Both the position numbers and the translations under genes were made by a program. This document shows, piece by piece, positions 24,571-35,200 of a stretch of DNA of 64,000 bases. The DNA lies in the NCBI RefSeq assembly GCF_036321535.1, contig NC_087454.1:35216001-35280000 (forward strand). The letters run 5' to 3'. The notes beneath the pieces are model-generated. The model was not told the origin of the DNA. It saw nothing but the letters and a program-made list of their open reading frames with translations, and did not search any database. Source of the stretch: Camelus dromedarius. Taxonomy: Eukaryota. How positions within the stretch are numbered: position 1 is the first letter of the stretch; the number at the start of each line of letters is the position of its first letter.

Positions 24571-25399
24571 TGGTGTCGGTGATGTTCAAGGTCTCTCTGA
24601 GTTCTGACCTCCCTGGGTGCTAATCTGATGAAAGTTTATGACTTGAGGCCGCTGCGCGAACCTTAGGGAAGCGGTGCCCTGTTGTGCACGTGCTCCGGGA
24701 GGCCGCCCAGTGGGGCTGAGCAGAACCACAAGGCTAGGCTTAATCGTCATAATCAAGGGTTCGGTAATAAGAAGAAACTGTTCCAAATGCTTACCCTCCT
24801 GTGGTCAGTTGTTGATTCCCAGAACCAATTAGGGCAAAAAGATCAGCAGATTTTCTTTGGTTAAAACACACACACACGCACACACCCACCAGCGACGTTC
24901 GAACACGGAATTCTTTCCCCCTGTGTCAGTCGCGTTTCCCCAGCTTTTAGAAGCGAGGCGAAGCGGGCCGCTTGGCTGGGGCTTTGTCTCCTTAGTAAAT
25001 GAACTCAGGCAGTTAGGAGGTGGCTGTTTGAAACTGCACTTTGGCTTGATTTGAGTACCCGAGAGACTGTATTTTGGGAAACTTAATTGGCGGACCGATG
25101 CTTAGAACATCCGTGGGCTAACCTCACCCTGAGGTAGCTTTGCAGGGAGTCTGTTGGGTTGAAAGCTGCCCACTCCTACTCTTCTGCCTAATCGCTCGCT
25201 TCCTGACCGGGTGTCGGTGTCGGGGGCTTCCCGGGCCACGTGGTTCAGGAGTAGGGGGAGGGGATGGACCTCTGCTGGGTCCTGCCAGACCCTCCTCCTT
25301 CCCCTGCTCACTCCACGCACTCCTGGGTGCTGGCTGTGCTCTGGGCGTGGTTCCTTCTAGCAAGGTGGAGATCTTGCCTTGTCCTAATGGAGCTTCCAT

Positions 25400-25960
25400 T
25401 CTGGGTAAGGGAGACAGCCAGGAAGTGGATGAGCAGATGAGAATTTCAGAGAGTAATGAGAGCTGTCAACCACAGACAGGGAAGTGCGGCAGAGAGCAGT
25501 GGAGCAGAGGCTCCTGTTTGCTCTGAGAAGGCATCTCTGAGGAGGTGACCTTTGCACTGATGCTGTGAGGAGGTGCGTGCGTGTGGTGGAGGTCCTTGCA
25601 AAGCTTTGGGGATGGGTTTGGTGAGCTTGTGGGCTGGACAAGGTCAGTGTGGCTGGCATGACAGGGACAGGGAGCAGGAAATAAAGGTGAAGGTGTAGGT
25701 GGGGCTCAGAGACCCTGGGGAGGAGTTTTTCCATCCATGGGAAGTGTGGCAGATCATAAGCCCATTAGTATCTCACTGATGCTTTAGAAAGTTCACTCTG
25801 CTGGCTGGTTAGAGTTTTGTCTAGAGGGAGGGAGGGTTCTCAGAAGCAGGGAGACCTGGAGAGAGGAGCTGATGGTGAGTAATGAGATTTATGGTGGGGG
25901 TAGAGTCAACAGGACCTGCTGATGTATCGGATGTAGATTTTTGGTTTCATCAGCTGAGGG
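25400..25960 (-). mobile_element. L2 LINE fragment
   Basis: Purine-rich antisense L2 pattern (..ggcatctctgaggaggtgacctttg..ggtcagtgtggctgg..caacaggacctgctgat..). Confidence 0.6.
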
Positions 25961-26119
25961 CTGGCAGATTCCTCGCCAGGTTTCGGAGGACTAGGAAAGG
26001 GAATACTGCAGCCGTGTAGGGGCTGGTCAGTACTTGAGTTTGGGCATGAGACCCGGACCTTGGGCCAGGAAGCCTGGGTAACCATAACTGCAATAAAGAC
26101 AGCAGATGTTTTTTGAGTA

Positions 26120-26290
26120 ACATGCCTCAAACTGTGCTTTGCCCAAACACTTCCCACCGTGAACTCATTCAGCCCTCCCAACAAACGTAACTTCATTTTA
26201 CGTAAATAGCTTTGTTACACTCCTGAGGGCACCAGGACGCAGAGAGGTGAATTCACTTGCTGGAGTCTCACAGGCAGTACACAGAAGAGC
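26120..26290 (-). mobile_element. MIR SINE
   Basis: ..ctgtgctttg..aactcattcagccctcccaacaa..gcagagaggtgaattcacttgctggagtc.. Confidence 0.55.
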
Positions 26291-29200
26291 TGGGGGCAGA
26301 CTGATGTGGACCAGCGTTCCCGGCCCGCGGGGCTGCTGTCCCTCAAGTTCAAACACACAGAGACCACGCTGTCTGCACCAAAAACCGCCCGACGTGCTGG
26401 GAGTTGCGTCCGCCCTGTGAAAAAGGAGCAGAAAGACAGCTGTGACCCCCGGGTTATTTTTTGCACCATTAAGAAAAAGAGCACCGAGCTGAAATATCAT
26501 TGTAAGAATTAGGTCACCAAATATTAATGTGCTTATTCATGCATAATCTTTCAGAGAAGATTAGTGGCACCCATTCTTTGGGGCTGGATTTTTTACCTTC
26601 TGGAGCGAACTCGAGCACTGGGTTTATCATAGGAGGTGCCCCCACAGTCCTTCCACCCCCAGTCCTCCGGCTGTTGCACTGTTTATCTCCGTTCTCAAAG
26701 TGTGATGTCAGGTGATTGACCGGTGAGGCAGGTGTTAGTGTTGACTGTCGAAGTCAGAATTACAGAGAGCTTCCCATGTACTTTCTGGAACCATCCATAT
26801 TCCAGTACCTTTACAAATGGATGCTAATAAGGTCAGGGTAATAGAAGCCATGAGTTTTATACTGGACTCACCTTACCTGGTAGCACGCTTCAGTTCTTCA
26901 CCTGCCTCGGCTCTCCACAGCTTCGTTCTAGAACGGCAGGGGGCGGGGGAGGCGTCCCATCTGTGCGCCGGCTCTCTCCGGTAACGGGAGCGACCCGCTG
27001 ACGTCACCCAGAGGCCAGAGGAAAGCGAATCCCGGCCCTCCTCTTCAACCTCACCCGTGCCCACCCCTCCGCAGAACTTACTGCTTACAAAGAAAGTCTG
27101 CGTGAGGATGTCTGGAAGGTAAACAGAGCAGAGGGTCGTTTCTTGCGAGATGTAGTTCGTACGGTCTTTTGAAAACCTTACATATTCTTTCGGTTTGCAG
27201 GTTTAGGTCCAAAGTCAGTCCAGCCCAGGAGAAGCGGCGGGTCACTTCCATGGTTTCAGTTCCCGGTCGTTTCCCCCGAGAGAGGGGTTCAGCCCTGGAG
27301 AAACAGGAAGGATATTCGGAATTCTCTTGGCTGCAGATAACAAACACCTCAGCCTAAAATGCCGAAGTGAAAGAGGCCCTTAGGGGTCTTGTGTGTCAGG
27401 AGGCCTGAAGGAAGGTGGCTTTAGGGTCAGTTCAGCAGGTGCGCAGCGCCGGGTGCTGGGGGGACTCCTGAGTGACCTGGCAGGGTGGCACCCCGGGGAA
27501 GGGCTTACGCAGAGTCCGGCACCTAGGGGGGCAGGGAGGAGGATGGGGATGGGCGCGGCTCAGTGCCGGCTGGTCCTCGCAGACACCCTTGCAGACATCC
27601 ATGGTAGTAGTGCTTGTGATGTCTCTCTTCAGTTTCCCCCTGGGTCTTCTGCCAGAGACACAGGGGCCGTCTGCTCAGGGAGCGTCTCTAGCAGAGTTGA
27701 TTTCTCTTCCAAGTTATTCTCAAAAAAAGGAAAAGCTTGTCCATGTAGACGTTTCTCTAGGTTTTATTTTCACTGTGCATGAGAGAAAATTTGTGAGAGA
27801 AGAAAAACCCAGGTAAATGGGATGTTACAAAGATTAAATTGCCAATTGGACTTAGTTTCTAAGTTGTTAAATTCTGACGTGCTGAGGACCTCCTAGCACG
27901 TTCTGACATCCTCTCTGTTGCATTTCTGTGACTCAGTGCCTGTGTTGGTGCCGTGCGCTCTGCTTGGAAACCTCTTCTCCAGTGCAGGTGCCTCCTCCTC
28001 TGGGAAGCCCTCCGGGTCTGCTACCACACCCATGTCCCTGTGCTCTGCCAGCCCCTGTGGTCCCACCTCTTCCACGCTGTTCATCGGGGTTCGACTTAGC
28101 TGTGTATCTGTTTATTTCCCTCGGTTTGTCATCAGAGGCTTGTTTTATGCATCTCTGTCCCAGGCACTGGGGAACTCAGTGCCTTATTCATGGGAAATGT
28201 TCAAAAAAATGTCTGTTACATTGAAAAAAGTGATTTTTAGGGAGTAGCTGAGATACATAAATCCTCAGATACTCACTTTGGTACAGTGAGGGCTGGCAGT
28301 ACTGCGGTCCCGCCTCTGTCAAGTGCAGCCTGAGCCTGGCATCTCCAGAGGGACCCACCAGCGGCCAGTGAAGTGTATGGTGGTGGAGGTTTGCTGTCCA
28401 CCTGAGCGGGCTGGGGCCGAGTCAGTGAAATCCTGCAGGTGCGGGGTAGGGTCTGTGTCGCCCAGAGAAAACATGGCATCAGTCCTGCCTCTTCGCAGAG
28501 GCATGAACGAGGAGTGAAGTGGCCAAATGGTGGGGAGTGCCTCTGCCCACGCGCTGGACGCCTGCCCTCGCCTTGGAAGCGTGGAGGGAGGACTCGCTAC
28601 AGTGTGGAAACACCGATAGCAGCCCTTTCGCGGCTGCCTGCAGTGTCTCAGACACACGACTGGGCACTTAAACAGGATTTGCCTGGTCCTCAGGTCAGCC
28701 TTCATGAGAGGGTTTTTGAAAGTCCTCTTTTCCAGATGAGAACACTGAGCCTGGGGAGATGGGCCAGGGGACATCGGGGAGGAGGCCGTGGGAGAGGTCG
28801 TAGCCAGATCGGGACATCGGAGTGGGAGGTGAGCAAAAGGAAACCACTTGGAGCGAGGTCAGGATTCCAGGGTGTGACCCAGGAGAGGGTGGTGACGCAC
28901 ATGGGAGTGTGGGTCAACGGCCTCCTAGAAGCCCGGGAACCAGCAGGTTTGTCCGTCGCTGGGATCAGCACCCTTGCTCAGGCAGGGGGAGCAGGTGGGC
29001 AGTGCAGGATGGGGCGGTCCGGCCTGAGACAAGCTGGGGGGGCAAGAGGGGCTCATGTCACATCTAAGGACAGCCGCCCTGACCCACAGGTGGGGATGGA
29101 GGCCTCCTGTTACCACCTTATTCAGTGCTTTTTTTTTTTTCCTGGAAAACAAGACTTTTTTGGTGAAGTCTGCCGATTTTCAGGCGTTGACATCTTATGT

Positions 29201-32200
29201 ATATCACGTGCGTGGGCTGGATTCGGCTGCGTGGGCTCGTCTACCCCTCTGCTGTGCAAGCCCTTGACATCCCTAGGACGGAGGCAGGAGGTGGTGGTGG
29301 GGGGACGGCTGTGCGTCGGATCCCTTGGTCTTGGTAGCGCCTTACCTTCCTGGACATGAGTTTGGAGGATGGAGGTTTTAAAGATAAAGACCTAATGAGC
29401 TAATTAGTTTTTCAGTTGGCGCTAATAGGAGATGATAGTAATCTGAAGCCTTTGGCTCAGGAGGATCGCAGACTGATACAAATGTGCCAACTCCTTCTCA
29501 AGTGCCAGTCGCCTTCTTCTTTTCCTCTGCATAGAGGAGCCCTGTTTTTCAATCCTGGGTTTTTTTTTTTTTTCTCTTTTTCTTTTTCCTGGTTTGCTTC
29601 TCGGCTCCTACTGCCTCTTGTGCCTCTCAGCGTTCTCTTTCCTGACCCTTTCCCCTTGTCTCTTATTTCTGTATTTATGTCTCCATCCCAAATTCATTTT
29701 CTCCCAGAGTTCAGCTCGAGTGAGTTGGTTAATGCAACGTGTTAGCTCAGTGTTTCAGGGTACTGATTCAGGAAAATTGTGTATCCTGTTTTCTTAGTTT
29801 TTTTTAAACTCTGTGAATTGACTGTGTGAGTCGAGGTTACAGGTGGGGAAATTCGGCCCTTGCACACCCAGAGGCATGTCTTGTCCTCACGCTAATCACC
29901 CTGGGGGTTTTACTCAAATTTCAGAACGTTGTTTCTCCTCTGGCCACCTCCACGTAGCTCTGACCATCATTGGTGTTTGCAAATCTTTGTCCCTTTGAAG
30001 GGATGGTTGACATTTGGGACAGGCCAGGAGTCAAGACTATAAAGAATAAGGTGGTGAATCTTTCTGAAACGGGCCCTAGTCCTGTGGGAAGAGGAGATGC
30101 GGTCCTGAAGCACTGACCGGGGTCAGCGGTACTGCTGGGGGGCGGGAGGCCAGGGGTCCTTGAGGTGGCTCCAGGGGGAGGGGCACAGATGTGAGAGCCT
30201 GGAGTCTGTGCCCATTTCCCCTCCATTTGCAGCCTGGCTTTAAAGACTTTGCATCCAGACACACTGTATTTGTCAAGTGACCAACAGCTAAATTGTCCTG
30301 TTTCCAAAGACACCTTGGTTAGCCCTTTAGTTTATCTTCCGGAGATAAAGGTACCATTTCTATTGGCCTTTGAAATCCTGCAAGGGACTCTGAGACCTGC
30401 ATTGCCATCCTGGTGGGCCTGTTGGGCTCCGGAAGCTCTAGGTGGGGAACCACCGGGGTATGGGTTTCCCAGGTGACACTGTCACCGGATGATGTGCACG
30501 TGGCCGACTGGCGCACGGTGGTTAACCTGCACGCCTGAGTCAGGCTCCATGCACTCCTCGCGTGTGTCAGGTGCAGGACCGAGCTGCTCTCTCTAACCGT
30601 TCCCTGGCAGGCACCGCAGTGGTTTAGACTCGGTTCTTTATCAGAAGCACCTGGGGAGTTCTTTTCAGACCTGCGGATTCTGGAGATGTATTTCCAGAAA
30701 TGCTGGTTCATTATGTGGGGCTGGGGGCAGCAGGACCCCCAGGTGAGTGGTGCTGGGGGCCCCTCGGCCACCCCATGAGAAACACTGGTCGAGTGGGCGT
30801 CAGGGTTGGCCAGGGTGGGTCCCTGTCCTGCCTCCTCCATACTGGCCATGTGATCTCGCCAAGTGCCTTAAACATCTCCGAGCCTCAATTCTCTATTCCT
30901 TGACATGAGATGGGTGATGCCATCTGGGGAGTGCAGGTACCCATCAGGTACAGACACAGAGCACCCGGCTCTGCTTGGCACGTGTTCATCACCGAGGGTT
31001 GGAAATAGGGGTCTCCACCCATGCTCTGGATTTCTGATGTATTTGTCAGAGGGGAATATAGCCAACCCTGAGGGTGAGGATCGCATTTGACACTTTCTCT
31101 GTCCTCCAGTCCACTGCCCTGGGGGGCTGCTGGATGATGGGGCCCCTTTGTCCCATGTGACCCAGAAGTTGGTGGCTCAGCCTGTAGGTCCGGCTCTGCC
31201 CCTTAACGGCCACAACCTGAGATTTCTGTGGTTCTCTGTTCTTCCTCCCACGTACTGGCATGGGTGCACACGTGTGTGGAAACACACGTGGACAAGCGTG
31301 CACAGCTGAGCTGGTCCTGAGGAGCTGTCCCTGAGGCCTGGCTCAGGCCCAGTGCTCATCGCTGGGGATACTGAACTGTGGTGACAGTTGTCTGCGGGCC
31401 TGCCCCGCCGAGGCCCAGGGACTCTCCAGCCTCTAAGAGGTGGCCTCTGCCCGCTGAATCTGCAGGGAAATCACCGTGTCCATCTCCAGCCACAAGCCTG
31501 GATCAGGCCCTCCTTCCCCTGCGTCCTCAGGCCCCGGAGGCGCGGGGCCCACCGCACAGTTGTCTCCGTGAAGCCTGGGCTTCGACAACATGACTTTGAT
31601 CTTCCTGGAAGACAGGCAGGCCAGTTTTTCACAAAACGGTTTATTTTTGTTTGTTTTCAGTGCTAGCACGGAGAAAGAATGCCTTGGTTTTGGCCCAGGG
31701 TGCTGTCAAAACACACCACTTCCCGCGTCCAGAATGTGAGCAGGTTTAACAATTGCCCAAGCGCGCGCGGCGTGGAGTTCCCAGCTCCCCTCTGCGACTT
31801 TCCAGCAGGGGTAACTTGGCATTCTCTTCTTGCTAATCATTTAAAATTCTCATCAAAAGCTTTGCTCTCATCACGTGAGCTCTTTTGGCAAACGCAGGAG
31901 GGTGTGTCTAATGTAATTCCAGTTTCAGAAGCAGTTTTTTTAAGTCAAAGAGGCGTTAATCTTCAATGTCTTTGACGTTGGGCTGTTTATTAGAATTTTG
32001 AGCATGTAAATTATGGTGAGCATGGTACCAGAGGGCGCGTTTTTTTTTTCTTCTTTTTTCTCTTGTTTAGTTTGCTTCCTCATTCTTGGCTTGGTAATTA
32101 TATTTGGGATAATTTAGGCTTGGACTACAAAACAGATGTCAGATCTGTGTTCTCTGTTTGTCACACAGTAATAATTTTCTATACATTACCCAGCAGAACA

Positions 32201-35200
32201 TACAAGTGTATTTTAGGAATTGAGCCCCGTCATCTCTCTCCCAACAGGCTCTAGAATCTTAAGCAAAAGAAACAGGTGGGGATAGAGAAATCACTGAGAT
32301 GGAAACTCTAAGTGCCTGGTGACTATAGAAACCAGTAAAAAGCCCCTTTTTATTTTATTTTACTTTATTTTATTTTATTATTTTTTTTTAGTTCAAGTTA
32401 CCAGAATCAAAATAGAGCTAAATTGGTAGTCATTGCTTTTGAATATAGCTTTATTTCAATAGAGAATTTAAATCGTGTGTTAAAGTTCCTTTTCAAAACT
32501 TTAATGATTTCCTAGGATTCTTTGTAAACTAAATATTTCTTTGAAAGTAAGCTCATGGAGACTAACGGGAAGGGCGATGGATCCGGATGACAGCCTTCTT
32601 TCCTGTGTTTTTTTTCTGATTCATACGTTTTATGAATGCTTTCTGTGTGCCCGACAATCTGAAACAGTGTGTGAGCCCCCAGAAACCCCAGCTCACTTCC
32701 CCTTTACAAGCAATTCACCACATTAGTTTCATGGTAATAGATTAAGACAGAGAAGACAGCCAGAACCTTAATTAGTGCTTCATCTTTTAAGCTAAAAAAA
32801 TTCACTTGAGTTGGCATTTTTAATATTCACAGTTGATTTTGGGGGGCAGTATTTTTTTTTTATTCTGCCTCTGATTACAGAAATGATATTGATGCCTGTT
32901 TTGGAAACCTGTAATGATACAGAAATGTTTAACAAGGCAGAAGAAAATAGCCCCCGCCCCCATAACCACATCTGAGATTCCAACCCCTGACTTCAGTGAG
33001 AGGGGGCGACTGTCTAGGGCCTCACATCAGGGCATCCAGCTGGCTCCCCCGGGAGCCCAGGGGGCATCCTTCATCCCAGAGCATCCCGGCTGCCACCCGG
33101 CATCCTGGTAAACGCCTTCCTTTCTGCCGGACTTGGAGCTCCTTGAGGGAGGAGCTGCCTTAGTTTTTGTATGCCTAGAACCTGGAGTAACGTAGGTGCT
33201 CACGAATGGTTACGTTGAAACTACATCCCATGCATTTTGCGTTCACACCATTTGATTGCGGACAGCCAGCACTTACTTTCTTGAACTGTCTACAGATATT
33301 TCAGAGAGCATTTTATATTTTGAATATGTAAAATATGGACATGGTAAAACATTAAGACAGCGCCAAAGTGTGCACAGTGAGAAGCCGTTCCCCTTCCATC
33401 CGCGTCCCAGGCCTGCGCTTCCCTTCGGAGGGGAAAGCCACTCTTCCAGGACTTAGTATCTCGCCAGAGGTGGTGTGTTTCCACACAAACAATGCAGATC
33501 ATCTTTTAAGAAACCTGCCTTTGGGCTGGAGGGCGGGGGTGGACCTGTGAGCGGCAGGGCTCTTCTGGAAGCCTTCCTGCCCTGTCTGAATGGGACAGCT
33601 CAGCACAGCCGTTCCAGCTCTGGCATTCTGCTTTAAAAATAGAAATACCAGTGTGTCAAGATATAGATTGAGGAATTTTTATTACTGCATTTTTTTTTGT
33701 GGTGGCAAAAAAGAAAAAAAAGGAAAAAGGAACAGAAAAAAACAAATAAAGGAAAACGAAGTAAAGTCCATGCCTGTCCGGGAAGCGGTTGAGTGAGTTG
33801 TACGCGCACCGTGGCTGTGGTGAGGCCCTTACCAAGATGAGGTGGCGCGTTATTCATCGGTTGTCACGGAAGAACTTTCTCAATGTGTTTTTATGTCTCC
33901 AAAGAAAGATGGGGAGAAGATCGTACAGTATCTGCTTTTTACAGAATAATGACAGACTCTCCAAGGGGCTGCGTGTGTTTGTGTGTTTACGTGTGGCATC
34001 ACAAGCATGGAGAAGGGTGGGGCGGAGGGAGCGAAGTCAAGAACACTTGCTAAGTTCAGTTTCTTCTTTTCATATAAATCTTTCCTGGAATAGGCATTGT
34101 GCTCATGGAAGTGATTTGCTGAATCTCCCTCCCTTCATTCTAGGAAATGGCAGTGGGCACTCAAATCCTCCCTTAATCTCATCTCACTAGGGCTTTTATC
34201 TTTTGGGGTCTGAGCCATCCGAGGCAGAGCGCAGGGACTCCTGTGGGACAGTGAACTGCTTTGGCATGACACGTGTGCCTGGGGTTTGAAGTCGGCGGGG
34301 AGGCACTGACCGCCTGCAGCTACCGAGCAGGAGGACCTTGGAGGGCAGGTACCACACGGCCGGCTGAGCAGCTGAGAGGTGGCAGGAGGGACCCATGGGG
34401 GCGATGATCAGATTCCCCCAGGAAAACTGTCGGACCAGAAAAAAAAGTCACTGAGGTCCTGGAAGAGCAAGAGACCATTCAGGGTCTGACGATCCCTGGA
34501 GGGTCTTGCCAGAAAGGTGCGTTAGGTGGCAGAGGGAGGCGCTGATGGAGGTTACATCGCGGAGGAATGACGTTCGGGCGTCTTTGCTGGGTTTGCATCC
34601 TGACACAGCCCTTTGTTGCCCTTCACGTCATCTCGTTATCCTTGCCTGGGTGGATGCTTGGGGCAGGTAGGGCCAGGAAGAGTGGGAGGGAGGTGTCCTT
34701 CAAGGGAGCCTTGAAAAGTACCTGCAGAAGGTGGTGCCCCTGCCCCCTCTTCCCAGAAGTGCCTAAACGCTTACTGATTGAATGTATGTCAGTCCTGGGG
34801 AGAAGTCTAACTTGCTGTTACACAGCCCTAAGTTATTTCGTCTTGGGTTGAGGAGGTGCCTTATCTGCTCACACATCTGTAAAGGACCCTAGAACCTCCA
34901 CTCTGGACCCAAGAGATGGAAAGTCAGATGGAAGGGACGGGGGTGGCGGGGGCTCTGCTCGTGTTGGCAGGAAAGCACGCCGCCATCCTCTCTGCCTGGA
35001 ATCTACCCTGCTCCCTACTGTAGAATCTGGTCTTCAGTGAAACATTTCTAGTTCATTTATTCTGCCTAGTTATGCTCCTAGAGGAGATGTTACATTTCAC
35101 CAGAGACCTTTTTAAAACTTGGTGCTCCAAATGAGATTTTCCCGCAGGCCAGAGACCTGGCCGCACCCCCGTTCTGGGCACAATACTGCCATGAGCGCAG

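Noticed and set aside
26552-26564. 13-nt match to U6 snRNA (CAGAGAAGATTAG); also a U6 5'-stem-like GTGCTCGCT..AGCAC at 56590-56609
   Set aside because: Too short, flanks do not continue the alignment, and a match of this length is plausible by chance in 64 kb.
28439-29359. 306-aa + strand ORF (and similar 150-230 aa ORFs at 23859, 53461 and 54289)
   Set aside because: No recognisable domain, low-complexity composition, reads through homopolymers, and lies within the LRRC1 introns.
30669-30748. 74-nt cryptic exon with CAG|GTGAGT donor; also the strong pyrimidine tract + AG at 32041-32070
   Set aside because: Short pyrimidine tract in the first case, weak donor and no branch point in the second. 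Long introns contain many such pseudo-exons.
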